A stretch of DNA of 64,000 bases from Candidatus Hydrogenedentota bacterium (GCA_963745075.1 CAVUWV010000026.1:1-64000); one strand, 5' to 3'. Counted from the first letter of the stretch, positions 46,641 through 57,493 are shown. Translations and numbers: made by a program. Notes: generated by a model from the letters alone, not told the origin.

Positions 46641-47502
46641 TCCTGTTCTTACGCAGGCTCAGAATCAGCCGTACCTCCCCCTTACCGATACCCATCTCCT
46701 GTGCGATCTGCGCAACGGTCATCCCCGCATCGTTGTATTCATAAACGCTGGTGTGCATCGGCGGTACCGTTTTTCCGTTTCCTCCGTGAGAGCCAGGCGC
46801 TCCGGCCGACGTCTTGTTGACGGCCGGACCGTTTCCCGGAGGTTTCTCGGGATTCAGGTTGAGCAATGCGCGAAAGGCTTCCCGCGCGGCCTCGGCGTCT
46901 TCGGGCGCTTCAGGCGGTGTCTCCGGTATGTCAAAGGCCAAGGGGTCGGGTTCGTCTCCCCCAAAATCGAGGCCCACCCACGATTCAATCACATCGTCTT
47001 CACCCGGCAACTCTTTGGGCAACGCCAACAATTGCAACGCCGGTCGTTCTAATTCCTGACGTGCTTCGTTTTCCACGACGGTCAAGTGTGGTGCCCTCTT
47101 TGAACTCTCGGGAGAAACCGCGTCCGGATGGCTAACACCGTGCGCAGCCGAACCTTGCACCGGACCGGCCGGAACGTGCTGTGCCAAGGTGGCGGCTTGC
47201 CGAATCCCGGTCCGCAGGTTTTCCAAATCCTTCAACGCTTCATCGACCGACTCACGGATAAACTTAACCTTCTTGTCCAGACTGGCGTTGAGTTGGCGGG
47301 CGAGTTGCTTCTGCTGGTCGAGGATGTCGCGCATGGTCTGGAGCAGAATCATCATGTTTGCGAGATCGTCGCGGGATTGCTTGAGGGTGCGCGACCGACC
47401 CACGTATTCGCGCCGGAAGATGTACATGAAGAGCAGGATCACCACGCCGAGGAGGACTAGCCAACCCGCTGCAAAAAGGCTATTTTGCAGGTTCTCTACC
47501 AT
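46633..47502 (-). CDS. Flagellar-cluster membrane protein with coiled coil and C-terminal HTH-like motif (DUF2802/DUF6115-like)
   Basis: N-terminal TM; C-terminal GMTVAQIAQEMGIGKGEVRLILSL. Confidence 0.7.
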   Translation of the reverse strand: MVENLQNSLFAAGWLVLLGVVILLFMYIFRREYVGRSRTLKQSRDDLANMMILLQTMRDILDQQKQLARQLNASLDKKVKFIRESVDEALKDLENLRTGIRQAATLAQHVPAGPVQGSAAHGVSHPDAVSPESSKRAPHLTVVENEARQELERPALQLLALPKELPGEDDVIESWVGLDFGGDEPDPLAFDIPETPPEAPEDAEAAREAFRALLNLNPEKPPGNGPAVNKTSAGAPGSHGGNGKTVPPMHTSVYEYNDAGMTVAQIAQEMGIGKGEVRLILSLRKNRSD

Positions 47503-47571
47503 GATCTCTCGATAACCGATAGGCCTTCGGACGCACTGCCCCACCGTGCGCCCCATTACGCTGGATTCCTG

Positions 47572-47907
47572 CTAAATCGTGACGTCCAGCTTGTGTTCTT
47601 CCGTTCCTTCGGCGATTACGCGAAGGTCACCGGCTTTCGGCTTCGTCTCGTGTTCCGCGCCGTCGCCCTTCTTCCCCTTCTTGCGTCGCCCCACGTACGG
47701 ATTCCTGCGGCGGCCGTTCGCGTCGACCTGTTCGTTCTCGGTCTCATCCGTCTGTTGCACCTGAGTTTCCACGGACACACGAGACTCTTCCATGTCGTTC
47801 GCGACACGTTGCTGCGCGGCCAAGGAGGCCCGATCCGCCGTCTGTTGAATACGTTCGGCAGCCGTCACCCGGGCAAGCTCGGTTTGCAAATCGACGGGTT
47901 GTGGCAT
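47572..47907 (-). CDS. Hypothetical flagellar-operon protein
   Basis: Start overlaps the fliA stop (TGATG) with AGGAGG RBS; Q/E-rich, ends HKLDVTI. Confidence 0.7.
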   Translation of the reverse strand: MPQPVDLQTELARVTAAERIQQTADRASLAAQQRVANDMEESRVSVETQVQQTDETENEQVDANGRRRNPYVGRRKKGKKGDGAEHETKPKAGDLRVIAEGTEEHKLDVTI

Positions 47908-48659
47908 CAGCCACCTCCTTGCACGGCCTTTCGCAATGTTTTCATGGCCGCGCTGTGGATTTGGCACACGCGCGATTCCGTTACTTCAAGAACCGCGCCG
48001 ATCTCCTTCAGCGTCAATTCCTCGAAGTAATATAAGTTTAGCACTTTTTGCTGCCGATCCGGTAACCGCAGAATGGCTTTCGCGATCCGATCCTGGCGTT
48101 CCTTCTCGAGAACCGCCACGTTCGCTTGGGCCGCCCGTTCGTCGACGGTGACGTCCAGCTTCCGCCCTTCGCCGTTGTCGTCGGTCGGCAAATAATCTTG
48201 CAAGGAAAGGACTTGTGCGGTCTGAAGCTGCGCCACCGTATCGTCGACATGTTCCTCGGTCGTGCCCAACCGCTCGGCGATGTCCATGGTGGAAGGTTCG
48301 CGGCCCTGCTCGTGGCGCAATTGGTCGCGCGCACCAGCCACTTTGCGGGCCATGGCCCGCAACGACCGCGGCGCCCAATCGAGGGAGCGGATCTCATCCA
48401 GAATGGCGCCGCGAACGCGAATGGATGCGTAGGTGGTGAATTTGATGTCTTGTTTGTGATCGTACTTCTCGACCGCGTCCATCAGCCCCAGGACGCCCCA
48501 CCCCACCAAATCGTCCATGTCGATGCTGGACGGCACATGGATCGCCATCCGGCCCGCGATGTACTTGACGATTCGCATGTGCCGGATGATTAATGCCTCG
48601 CGTGCGTCAAGGTCGCCCCGTTCCTTCCAGCGCGCCCAGAGTGCCTTTTCATCCGCCAT
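47907..48659 (-). CDS. fliA: RNA polymerase sigma-28 factor
   Basis: DDLVGWGVLGLMDA, FTTYASIRVRGAILDEIRSLDWAPRS, ELTLKEIGAVLEVTESRVCQIH. Confidence 0.95.
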   Translation of the reverse strand: MADEKALWARWKERGDLDAREALIIRHMRIVKYIAGRMAIHVPSSIDMDDLVGWGVLGLMDAVEKYDHKQDIKFTTYASIRVRGAILDEIRSLDWAPRSLRAMARKVAGARDQLRHEQGREPSTMDIAERLGTTEEHVDDTVAQLQTAQVLSLQDYLPTDDNGEGRKLDVTVDERAAQANVAVLEKERQDRIAKAILRLPDRQQKVLNLYYFEELTLKEIGAVLEVTESRVCQIHSAAMKTLRKAVQGGG

Positions 48660-48689
48660 GGTCGAGAAAATCCCTGGAGCAGTCCACCG

Positions 48690-49655
48690 CTACCGCAGGC
48701 TTTCAATTCGTTCGCGAGGGCTGACGATTTCTGTGATGCGCAGGCCAAACTTCTCGTCGACCACCACCACGTCGCCGCGCGCGATGAGCTTGTCGTTGAC
48801 GAGCAGTTCGACCGGTTCGTCGACCAGATGACCAACCTCGATAATCGAACCGGGACCCAATGAGAGGATCTCGGCGATGGGCATCTCGACCCGTCCCAAA
48901 CGGGCAGTCGCCACGAGACGGATATCCAGCACCATATCGAGATTCTTCGCGAGCGGTTCTCTCGAAATGGGCTCCGGCGGGCGACTGGATGGCGCCGACT
49001 CGGATTCGTGCCCTTCCGAGTTCTCATTTAGAATCTCGTTTATATCATCTGGACTAAGGGACTCACCCACGCCAGTTCCTCCCGTTTCCGATTTGGCCGA
49101 CGCAACTACGCCGACCGGAATCACGTCTTCAAAACGGCTGGAGAACGCGACAACACCGCGTTTTCCCGCAACAGGACCGACGACCAACGTGAACGGGGCG
49201 GCGATTCCGTCCGCTCCTACTATCGCTTCCAACGCCGATTGGGTTGTTTTGCCGGAATCGGTGGAAACGTCCACGCTGTCAATCGTCAAAACCTGGCCGT
49301 ACTTCTCCTTAAAGTGACTGACGCCGCCGCCCATACACGGTTCGAATACCTCGCGCAGCGACGCCGCATCCGCTTGTTGTACTGTCTCCCATGTCGCGGC
49401 TTCGTCACCTGTCGCCGCTCCGAAGACCGCCGCGGCGCCGTCACCAGGCAACATAACCACAATTGCACCGCCCTCTGCAATCGGGCTGCACATTAGGAGA
49501 TCGCAATCCGCCGCAGCGCCACGTGACTCCAACTGCTCAAGCGAAACCGGCGCATCGGGTGAGGCCGTTGCCGTACCGCCCGTAAGCGCCGATACCACGT
49601 CAAAAAAACCGGTCACGTATCCGCGAGCGAAAATATCGGCGGCGACATCGTTCAT
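48690..49655 (-). CDS. fliN: Flagellar motor switch protein FliN with CheC-like N-terminal region (FliY-like)
   Basis: NLDMVLDIRL...LGPGSIIEV...EPVELLVNDKLIARGDVVVVDEKFGLRI; LSPDDINEIL. Confidence 0.88.
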   Translation of the reverse strand: MNDVAADIFARGYVTGFFDVVSALTGGTATASPDAPVSLEQLESRGAAADCDLLMCSPIAEGGAIVVMLPGDGAAAVFGAATGDEAATWETVQQADAASLREVFEPCMGGGVSHFKEKYGQVLTIDSVDVSTDSGKTTQSALEAIVGADGIAAPFTLVVGPVAGKRGVVAFSSRFEDVIPVGVVASAKSETGGTGVGESLSPDDINEILNENSEGHESESAPSSRPPEPISREPLAKNLDMVLDIRLVATARLGRVEMPIAEILSLGPGSIIEVGHLVDEPVELLVNDKLIARGDVVVVDEKFGLRITEIVSPRERIESLR

Positions 49656-49669
49656 CCGTTCCCCAATTC

Positions 49670-50656
49670 TCAGTCGTCTACGGTCGGCTCAAGCAACTGA
49701 ATGGCGCTTAGCTCGCCCCGCTTCCCGCAAGAGGCCTTGAAACGCGGAATTCCCCCAATTTCGATATTGATGGGAGATTTGACGTCGGAATCCAACTGGA
49801 TAACATCACCAACTTGCAGGTTGATCACGTCTTCGAGCGGCAGTTGCGCCCGTCCGAGGATTGAATCCACCGGAACTTGGGCACGGCGGATGGCCCGCAT
49901 GATTTGCGTGCGTGTCCGATCGGCCATTTCAATCGACATGCGACGAATGAATTTCGTTTGTTGCGATATCTGGTCGAGAATGGGGTTCAGCACCATGAGC
50001 GGAATGCACATGTTCATGGAACCGACCGTTTCGACAATGTGAATCTCGTACGCCACGAGGATCACCATTTCGCTGCCGGCGACGATCTGTACGATGAGCG
50101 GATCGCTCTCCTGGTGAACCACGCTCAGTTTGAATTCGATGAGTTGTTCCCAGGAACGTTTGAGACTTTCGAGTATCATCAGCATAATGCGATGAACGAT
50201 GCGGTTCTCGATCTCGGTCAACTCCCGGGGCTTGCCCATGCCCACGCCTTTGCCGCCCAGAATTCGATCGACGACCGGAAAGACGACGCTGGGGCTCAGG
50301 TCGATAACGGCGTTGCCTTCCAGCGGGGCCATATTAATCACCGACATAGACGTGGGCCGGGAAACGGAAAGAATAAACTCGTCGTAGGTGAGTTGATCGA
50401 TGGACACCAGATCCACCCGCACGACGGTCCGCAGGAAGGGCGGCAGCGCGATACTGAGTTCGCGCGCGAAGGCCTCGAAGAGGCTTTGAAGGCCCTTAAG
50501 TTGCTCCTTGGAAACACGTTCGGGACGGCGGAAGTCATAGTGCATCATGTCCCGGGTTTCGGCCCGTTCCACGACCTCATCGGGAACTTCCACCTCACCT
50601 TTGGACACGGCGCTCAGGAGGAGATCGACTTCATCCTGACTTAGAATGTCCGCCAT
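49670..50656 (-). CDS. fliM: Flagellar motor switch protein FliM
   Basis: MADILSQDEVDLLL, YDFRRPERVSKEQL, DQLTYDEF, RELTEIE, MNMCIP, LQVGDVIQL. Confidence 0.96.
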   Translation of the reverse strand: MADILSQDEVDLLLSAVSKGEVEVPDEVVERAETRDMMHYDFRRPERVSKEQLKGLQSLFEAFARELSIALPPFLRTVVRVDLVSIDQLTYDEFILSVSRPTSMSVINMAPLEGNAVIDLSPSVVFPVVDRILGGKGVGMGKPRELTEIENRIVHRIMLMILESLKRSWEQLIEFKLSVVHQESDPLIVQIVAGSEMVILVAYEIHIVETVGSMNMCIPLMVLNPILDQISQQTKFIRRMSIEMADRTRTQIMRAIRRAQVPVDSILGRAQLPLEDVINLQVGDVIQLDSDVKSPINIEIGGIPRFKASCGKRGELSAIQLLEPTVDD

Positions 50657-50988
50657 AACCGCTCGCTCTCCGTTCCGATGATCCCAGTTGCGCGAGTATA
50701 GCACGGCCATTGTAAGTCCGCAAGGGACCGGCACATCTAACACTAGAAAAAGTAACCAGATACGGCTTCTGCCCCGGCGGACGCCCCGTGCCAATGCTGC
50801 CCAATTCCACTCAAAAAGGAACTTCGTGCGCATACAGGGAATATATGTACATGGAAGGGCCGAAAAACTCGCCGGACGGTACAAGGCGAGTATGTGTCAT
50901 CCGAACCGTCGGCAGGGACGTTCGTTCCAATAGAAGGGTGACAGTGCAACAACGGAAGAAGGCGATCCCCTACCGTCTTCTTCCTCTT

Positions 50989-51048
50989 TCCGGCGCGCGG
51001 GTACACCCCCTCTACCCCAGACCCCAGCCCGCGCGCCGGCCTCCTTTT
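50989..51048. other. GC-rich stem-loop in the intergenic region upstream of fliM
   Basis: CCGGCGCGCGGG ... CCCGCGCGCCGG, 12-bp arms. Confidence 0.45.
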
Positions 51049-51146
51049 TCAGGTTCATCTCCGAAGAATGGTGTCACTCGGTGCTCGCACACAACGACAC
51101 TCGCGCACCGGACTTCCGCCTCCGCCGATTGGAGATACACTCTTTC

Positions 51147-51974
51147 TCAATGACCGGCAATGCGGTTCAACGCGCGCCGGGCAACCAGTGCGGGGCGCGA
51201 CTCGAGATGCCGCAGGAGATCCAATTGCCCCCTAACCTTGCGGCAAAAGGTGTCCAAGGTATCGGTGCGGTCGATCCAGATTCGGCGCAACTCCCACGGG
51301 GCAAGCCGTTCTGCAACGTTTACCCCGTACCGGTTCGAGCAGGCATAGGAAAATCCCGTTTCCCGCACAATTCGCACGGAGCGTTCGTCATAATCGAGCG
51401 CGCTGCCGAAGGGGTAGGCAAACGCCTCGATGGGATGGTTCAGTTGTTCGGCCAACATCGCGGCGCACCCCGCAATTTCTTCGCGTTGCTGCGATTCCAT
51501 CAACCGAGACAACCGCGGATGGGACAGGGTGTGGGCGCCAATGGCTATCCCCATGGATTCAAGGACGCGGATTTCGTCCCACGACATCAGCCGGGCGGGT
51601 TCGTGGCGGCTGTCATGATCGAGGAATTCTCCGGCCCGTCCAGCGACGATGAAGACGGTTGCGGGCATGCCAAACTCTCGCAACACCGGTGCAGCCTGGG
51701 TCAGATTGTCCCGGTACCCGTCGTCGAATGTGAGTGCAACGCCAGGTGTACCGCGGGCGGCGTCGGCCAGGGAAACGACGTTGGCGTGCTCCCGAAGCCA
51801 GGCCATTTGTTCGCGAAAGGCTCTTGGTGTGACGTTCATTTCGTGATCGCGTTCGCCCACGCTGTGGTAGGTGAGAATCCGAGCGCATGGCCGGGAGTGA
51901 GGGACAAAAACTCCCACCGCGCCAGCGGCCCTTTTCACCGCGTGCTTCACGGCATGCTTTACTGTGCCGCTCAT
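51147..51974 (-). CDS. Polysaccharide deacetylase (CE4/NodB)
   Basis: ILTYH, LTFDDGY, GAHTLSHPRL, FAYPFG. Confidence 0.92.
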   Translation of the reverse strand: MSGTVKHAVKHAVKRAAGAVGVFVPHSRPCARILTYHSVGERDHEMNVTPRAFREQMAWLREHANVVSLADAARGTPGVALTFDDGYRDNLTQAAPVLREFGMPATVFIVAGRAGEFLDHDSRHEPARLMSWDEIRVLESMGIAIGAHTLSHPRLSRLMESQQREEIAGCAAMLAEQLNHPIEAFAYPFGSALDYDERSVRIVRETGFSYACSNRYGVNVAERLAPWELRRIWIDRTDTLDTFCRKVRGQLDLLRHLESRPALVARRALNRIAGH

Positions 51975-52855
51975 GCCTGTCGCGGATGGTCGGGCGCACC
52001 GGCCACTGCATCCTGCCGGGCGGTAAGGGTTCCCCAAAGATATCCGAAGGCGTAGGCCACGTAAGCCGCGAAGCGAAGAAGTTTCCCCTGCATCAGTGCC
52101 CGTATAAGCCGTACCGGAAATCGAAGCAGGCGATACATGAATGACGTGCGCGGCGTAAAGGATCGATCGCTGAGTTCTTCGTGGGTGTCGTACACGGACT
52201 CCGGCTGAAACTTGCGGGCGTACGCCGAACCATATCCGTTACGGAAGAACATGCGAAACAGCTTGCGCCAGCCGTCGGGCAGGGGGTGATAGATCCGTGC
52301 ATTCGGCGCCAGCACCACACGGTACCCGGCACTCCGAAGGCGCACCCGGAGATCGGGATCCAATCCCCGGATAATGTCTTCGCGTTCGCGGCCTACGGCG
52401 TTAAAGACCTCCGTTCGCATGGCGCAACACCCGTGACAGGCCAAATCGCTGTCGACGACGGTGTCCACGACGGGTGTGTTGAACCGGGGGAACTGCAACG
52501 CGGCGCGCCGTTGAAAAGCGTTCGCTTCGGGCGGCACCACGATGCTCGCGCCCGCCATACCGATGGACCGATCTTTGTCGAGGACGCTCACGAGGGTTTG
52601 AAACACGGTCTCGTCCGCGAGTCGGCTGTCGTCGTCCAGGATCAGCAGGATTTCGCCTCGTGCTTCCTGAGCACCTTGGTTGATGGCCTTCCCTTGAGGC
52701 GAAACTCCTTTGATGAGGTTCACTTCAAAATCCCGGAAGGTTTGCCGTTCCACGCTTTCAAGGAGTCGCGGTACACAGCCGCCCCGGTGTCCGTCCCAAG
52801 TTGGAATGAGCACGGTAAGACGGGGTGGGCGGCCATTACTGGTATCACTTGTCAT
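51971..52855 (-). CDS. Family 2 glycosyltransferase
   Basis: VLIPT, AINQGAQEARGEILLILDDD, DPDLRVRL...GYRV. Confidence 0.9.
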   Translation of the reverse strand: MTSDTSNGRPPRLTVLIPTWDGHRGGCVPRLLESVERQTFRDFEVNLIKGVSPQGKAINQGAQEARGEILLILDDDSRLADETVFQTLVSVLDKDRSIGMAGASIVVPPEANAFQRRAALQFPRFNTPVVDTVVDSDLACHGCCAMRTEVFNAVGREREDIIRGLDPDLRVRLRSAGYRVVLAPNARIYHPLPDGWRKLFRMFFRNGYGSAYARKFQPESVYDTHEELSDRSFTPRTSFMYRLLRFPVRLIRALMQGKLLRFAAYVAYAFGYLWGTLTARQDAVAGAPDHPRQA

Positions 52856-52927
52856 CGTTGCGGAGTATACGGCGTCGAAGATCATCCGTTCAACGGAACG
52901 GCGGGGGCCTGTAAATGTGACCAGCCC

Positions 52928-55006
52928 TTATTCACCCGGCTGCGCCGGTACCGGCACCTGGGCGAAGTCGATATCCGCGCGATCGAGAAAAATGAAGCGA
53001 CCGGTTTCCATACCGACCACGATGCCCGGTCGATCGCCCCTACCCAACGCGGCCAACGTCGGCCCGCAGGCATGCTGTCCGAAGAACACGGGCTTCCCGC
53101 GAAAATGAATCAACTCGGGATAGGCAAAAACCGGTTCCTTATCTGAACCGGTATTGCGAAGTAGCAGCACGCCCGATCCGGGAAGTCCCAGGGCCTGTGG
53201 CAGACCGTGCTCGGGATCGGGTACGGAACCATGACGCGGCGTTCCCACCAGAAGGTCCGTTTTCCCGTCCGCGTCCCAGTCCACGAAACTCAGCTTCAGC
53301 CGGCCGGTTCCCCCTGACTTGAGGAAATTGGCGCCGATAACGGGACCGGTGTCGAGATGAAGTTTCCCGCCATCCTCGACGTTAAAGGGATCCAGTTGCC
53401 AGTAGAGATGAAACTCGTCGTCATCGTCGAGCGCGACGTACGCCATGCGTCCGGCGAGTTTCGCGATCGCGGGCTTCACGCGCCACGATCCATGGAGTTC
53501 CAGCCCCTCAAGGTAAATGGAGTGTGGCGCAGCCAATCGTGGATTGGCAGGCGATCCTTCATTCAAAAAGACGCGGTGTTGGGCCGTGGCGTCGCTCATG
53601 ACGATGTCGTAGAGTCCATCATCGTTCCAATCGGCCACCGTCGGGCAGGTGTAGCCCCAGCGCGCCTCCACGGGGCCCTGAATGCTGTCCGAATACCCCG
53701 GCTGCACGTGAATGATTTCACTGTTGGCTTTCAACGGCACGCCGGGCTCGAATGCTGGTTCGTGGTTATCCCCGCCGTTCCGGAAGTACAGGACGAGCCC
53801 CTCCGAATTCCCGGAGACAATGTCCAACGCTCCGTCACCATCCCAGTCCACGACATTCGGGACGAGCAGGGTGCCGCCGAAAAGGTCGGCGCCGCGCTGC
53901 AGTGCGGGCGTCGGCTTGGCGTAGACGGGTTGCCCCGAATCGGTGAAGCGCCCCAGAAACCGGTAGAAGTAGATAGCGCCTTCTCCCCCGGCAAGCAGGT
54001 TACAGGGGTGGCCCTGCGGATCTGGATACGCCACCGGCGTCGCACGCACCGTCGGATGACGTATCACGATTCCATCACCGTCAACGAGGAATCGATAGGG
54101 TTCCAACGCTGGGTTAGCGCCTTGGTTGACTTCGTAGTAATAGAAGGGCCCGAAGTGCGAGCCACCGATGATTCCCGGTTGTCCGTCAGTCCCCAAAACA
54201 ACGGACGTCAAAGATTGGTAGTCTTGAAGAACGTCGCTGGGTGTAGCGCTTGCCAAGACGGGCTCCCCGTCCGGCGCATCGAGCAATCGGACGTGGTGCG
54301 TCATGTAAAGGCCCGCGTGGGAGAGTTTGCCGCGCCAGATACCGGCGCCGTCATAGGGGTCGTATCGAGGGTCGCGGCTTGACGTGAACCCCTCCATCGG
54401 CGGACCGTGGCCGGTACCGTCGTTCACATCGTAGAAGAGACGAAAGCCCGATCCGTTCCCATCCGGCAACCAGCCCACCGTTCGGGCACGCCGGGGCGTT
54501 TTGGGAACGGGTATCCGCGAGGATTCGTGAAACGCCAGCGTTGTCCGATCGAAATTGAGCAGCACCAGCGCGTCGCCTACGATCCAGAGCGCGTGGATGT
54601 TGCCGTCCACCTCAAAGACCGTGCCGTAATTGCCGGATGGCAGGTAGTCCGGCGTCGTCACCAAAACCGGCGGATCGAAGACAGGAACGCCGTTCGCGCC
54701 CCATTCGCGCCAAGGGAAAATCACCAGTTCCGGGTAGAACCGGCTGCCGCCGATCACAAAGAGATCGGGCATTTCCTTCCCATAAACGTGCGCAACACCG
54801 ATGGGAAGGTTGTTGAGTTTTGGTGCAGCGAGTGGACCCACACCGTTGGCCCTGCCGACCTTCAAGGGTGCTCCGCTGACGGGTTCCGCTGCGTTGACCG
54901 GAGACAAGCCCAACGATACAACCGACAAAAGGACCAACCCGCAAAGATTCCCATTTGTGAGACCGATAGATTTCACTGCGCTCTCCCCCGTGCGTTCATT
55001 TGCCAA
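52928..55006 (-). CDS. Secreted FG-GAP/VCBS-repeat propeller protein
   Basis: VVDWDGDGALDIV, ADWNDDGLYDIV, VDWDADGKTDLL; signal peptide. Confidence 0.82.
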   Translation of the reverse strand: MANERTGESAVKSIGLTNGNLCGLVLLSVVSLGLSPVNAAEPVSGAPLKVGRANGVGPLAAPKLNNLPIGVAHVYGKEMPDLFVIGGSRFYPELVIFPWREWGANGVPVFDPPVLVTTPDYLPSGNYGTVFEVDGNIHALWIVGDALVLLNFDRTTLAFHESSRIPVPKTPRRARTVGWLPDGNGSGFRLFYDVNDGTGHGPPMEGFTSSRDPRYDPYDGAGIWRGKLSHAGLYMTHHVRLLDAPDGEPVLASATPSDVLQDYQSLTSVVLGTDGQPGIIGGSHFGPFYYYEVNQGANPALEPYRFLVDGDGIVIRHPTVRATPVAYPDPQGHPCNLLAGGEGAIYFYRFLGRFTDSGQPVYAKPTPALQRGADLFGGTLLVPNVVDWDGDGALDIVSGNSEGLVLYFRNGGDNHEPAFEPGVPLKANSEIIHVQPGYSDSIQGPVEARWGYTCPTVADWNDDGLYDIVMSDATAQHRVFLNEGSPANPRLAAPHSIYLEGLELHGSWRVKPAIAKLAGRMAYVALDDDDEFHLYWQLDPFNVEDGGKLHLDTGPVIGANFLKSGGTGRLKLSFVDWDADGKTDLLVGTPRHGSVPDPEHGLPQALGLPGSGVLLLRNTGSDKEPVFAYPELIHFRGKPVFFGQHACGPTLAALGRGDRPGIVVGMETGRFIFLDRADIDFAQVPVPAQPGE

Positions 55007-55015
55007 CGAACGCGA

Positions 55016-57493
55016 TCAATGCTCCAGCAGCGTCACTTCGCGCACTGACTTTGTTTCCGGATCGACGCGAAACGTCTTCACTTCGAAGGCCGAGAGGCAT
55101 ACCGCACGTCGCACTTCCAGCGCCGGTATTGTCACTTCCGTGCTCCTTGCCGTGCCCGTGGGCTCGAACAAGCGGAACACGTAACCTTCTCCATCCTCGG
55201 CGCGTTTGAAGGCCACCAACTGAACGACGTCGTCGCTCAACGAAACACCGGGCAACGGTTTCGTCCCCGCTCCCGACGGGCAGAAAGACAGGGCAAACGG
55301 CGTCTCATTGTGGATCACGGCTTCGCGGTCGACTCGCTCCAACCGTTCGGAACGCGACCCTGCGTTGATCCAAAACCGGAAAACCCGTTCCCCCTGATCG
55401 ATGCGCGGCGTGTAGCGATCCTGCGGTACGATAGTCCGTTCCCCGATGGGATGACCCGAATAGGCCGCGGACCGCAACAGGCTTAGCCGCAATTCCCCGT
55501 CCGCGAAATCGGAACCGTACGTACCGGCGTTGATACACGTCAAGGCTTTGCCGGCAGATTCCGACTGCACGGCGAGCCACTGATGTGCCACGTTCTCGCG
55601 TCCCGTGCTGGGAAAGTTCTGCACCCCGAAGGCGACCTGCCCCGAACATGCGCCATCGTCAAACGCCGTGGGGATGGACAACTTGAGCATGGTGTTCTTC
55701 TCATTCCAATGAACGCGAACAACGATCTCGATTTCCGTGCCCTGTTTCGGAAATTTGTAATGGACGACAGCGAAGGAGTGATGATACCGGAACAACGCTT
55801 CCACCACGGTCCGGACGTTGCCGTCCTCGATGACGCGGACGGAATCCGGACGCCCCTGGGTGATACCGGAGACGCGCGCGCCTTCCTGGGGCGACATCAG
55901 CGTGAAACTGCCGATGACTTCGCGGAAGCTCTGCGCGCGGGTTTCCCAGGGATCCTCGTTGTCGGCAAGTACCAGCAGATTGAACGATTCGGGCTTGACG
56001 AACTCGAATCCATCCACGACCAACCAGTCGATTAATCCGGTTCGGCAATTAACTGTCGCTTCCAACCGATCCGTTTGTATGTCAAAACATGCGTCTACCG
56101 GCTTCAGGTCCGGAGTGGGACGGGCCGGAAGCACTTCCAGCGTGCAGTCGAAGCGATTCATTTGAGATGGCGCCAAGTCGGCAACGAAGACCGCATGTTT
56201 CCGCCAGTCCAGATTCAGGTTGCTCAGTTCCTGCTCGTTTTGGCACGGAACCGGATTGCCGTCTTTGTGGACTACGGGGATTGTGAATTGGTCGCCCCAG
56301 TTGGCGTCGGGCAACTGGAACTCGCATTCCACGATGGTGCGTACCGGGAAGGGATGCGGGTTGTAGACGAGAATGGGGATTTGTCCCTCCGCCGGTTTCG
56401 GTTGTCCTTGTGCCGACGCGAAAAACGCGCGCGCACGGATGCGCGATAGGAACTCCAGCCCATGATCCAGCAACCGAAGGCATGCGTCCTCCACGGGTTG
56501 GATGGAGGAACCCGGAAGAATGTCGTGAAACTCGGAGAACAGCAGGTCTCGGACGACCTCGTTCAATTCCGACTGAGGGTATTCCATAAGTCCTTGCAGC
56601 GCCGCGTTTGCGACCATCTTCTCGACGGCAAAGAGCGCATTCTCGAGCTGCCGGTGTCGCTGTTTGATGCGAACTTGCGACGTGTAGCATCCCGGCGCCC
56701 AGGAATTAATGTCGTCAGCGTGTTGGGGAACTTCGGAGCCGGACGCACGCAATTCGTCGAAGTAGTTCTCCGGTGACGAATGTAGAATCTTCCTTTCGTC
56801 ACTCTCCGCCATCAACTCAGCGAGGCAATTCAAATCGACGCGGGACGGACCGCCCCCGTGGTTTCCCACACCCCAGAGCACCAGTCCCACCGCGTGATCC
56901 GGATGGTTGGTGATCCATTTCTCGACCTTCTCCCGGGCTTTCCCCAAGGGCTGATTGTAGAAATCCGACGCACGGTGAGCCGTAACCTCCGAGCCGTCGA
57001 ACCCGACCCACGTAAAGTCGTCGGACGGAAGCGGGCAGTCATCCTGAAAAGGCCGGCAGAACAGGTAGGAATCATATCCGGATTTACGAAGGATCTGGAC
57101 CAAGCCGCGATTGTGGCCGAAAGGGTCGAAGTTGATGGCGGTCCGCGGCGCCGCGCCGAATTTCTCTTGAAAGTAACGGCGACCCGCCAAGACTTGGCGG
57201 ACGAACGATTCTCCGCTCGGCATGTTACAGTCGGGCTGGAGGTACCAGCCGCCCATGATGTGCCATTGGCCGTCCGCGACGAGGCGCTGGATCCGCTCGA
57301 ACAACGCGGGTTCGTACTCCTCCACCCAACGGTAGAGGATGACCTCGTTGTGATTGAACACGAAACCGTCGAATTCTTCACAGAAGTCCGCGGCGGCACG
57401 GAAGGTGGAAATCGCTTCGGCAGCGCCTTCCTCCCACTCCCATAACCAGACCGGATCGAGGTGGGCATTGCAGATCAAATGTATCGTTTTCAA
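55016..57493 (-). CDS. GH38 alpha-mannosidase
   Basis: NAHLDPVWLW, GGWYLQPDCNMPSGES, DPFGH, GVGNHGGGP, FHDILPGSSI, LSLLRS. Confidence 0.94.
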   Translation of the reverse strand: MKTIHLICNAHLDPVWLWEWEEGAAEAISTFRAAADFCEEFDGFVFNHNEVILYRWVEEYEPALFERIQRLVADGQWHIMGGWYLQPDCNMPSGESFVRQVLAGRRYFQEKFGAAPRTAINFDPFGHNRGLVQILRKSGYDSYLFCRPFQDDCPLPSDDFTWVGFDGSEVTAHRASDFYNQPLGKAREKVEKWITNHPDHAVGLVLWGVGNHGGGPSRVDLNCLAELMAESDERKILHSSPENYFDELRASGSEVPQHADDINSWAPGCYTSQVRIKQRHRQLENALFAVEKMVANAALQGLMEYPQSELNEVVRDLLFSEFHDILPGSSIQPVEDACLRLLDHGLEFLSRIRARAFFASAQGQPKPAEGQIPILVYNPHPFPVRTIVECEFQLPDANWGDQFTIPVVHKDGNPVPCQNEQELSNLNLDWRKHAVFVADLAPSQMNRFDCTLEVLPARPTPDLKPVDACFDIQTDRLEATVNCRTGLIDWLVVDGFEFVKPESFNLLVLADNEDPWETRAQSFREVIGSFTLMSPQEGARVSGITQGRPDSVRVIEDGNVRTVVEALFRYHHSFAVVHYKFPKQGTEIEIVVRVHWNEKNTMLKLSIPTAFDDGACSGQVAFGVQNFPSTGRENVAHQWLAVQSESAGKALTCINAGTYGSDFADGELRLSLLRSAAYSGHPIGERTIVPQDRYTPRIDQGERVFRFWINAGSRSERLERVDREAVIHNETPFALSFCPSGAGTKPLPGVSLSDDVVQLVAFKRAEDGEGYVFRLFEPTGTARSTEVTIPALEVRRAVCLSAFEVKTFRVDPETKSVREVTLLEH

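Noticed and set aside
50778..50794. sigma54-like TTGGCAC upstream of fliM on the minus strand
   Set aside because: The -12 position reads CC, not GC
51147..52855. GT2 and deacetylase as a flagellin glycosylation locus
   Set aside because: Only proximity supports it; they are 490 bp from fliM and no flagellin gene is in the window
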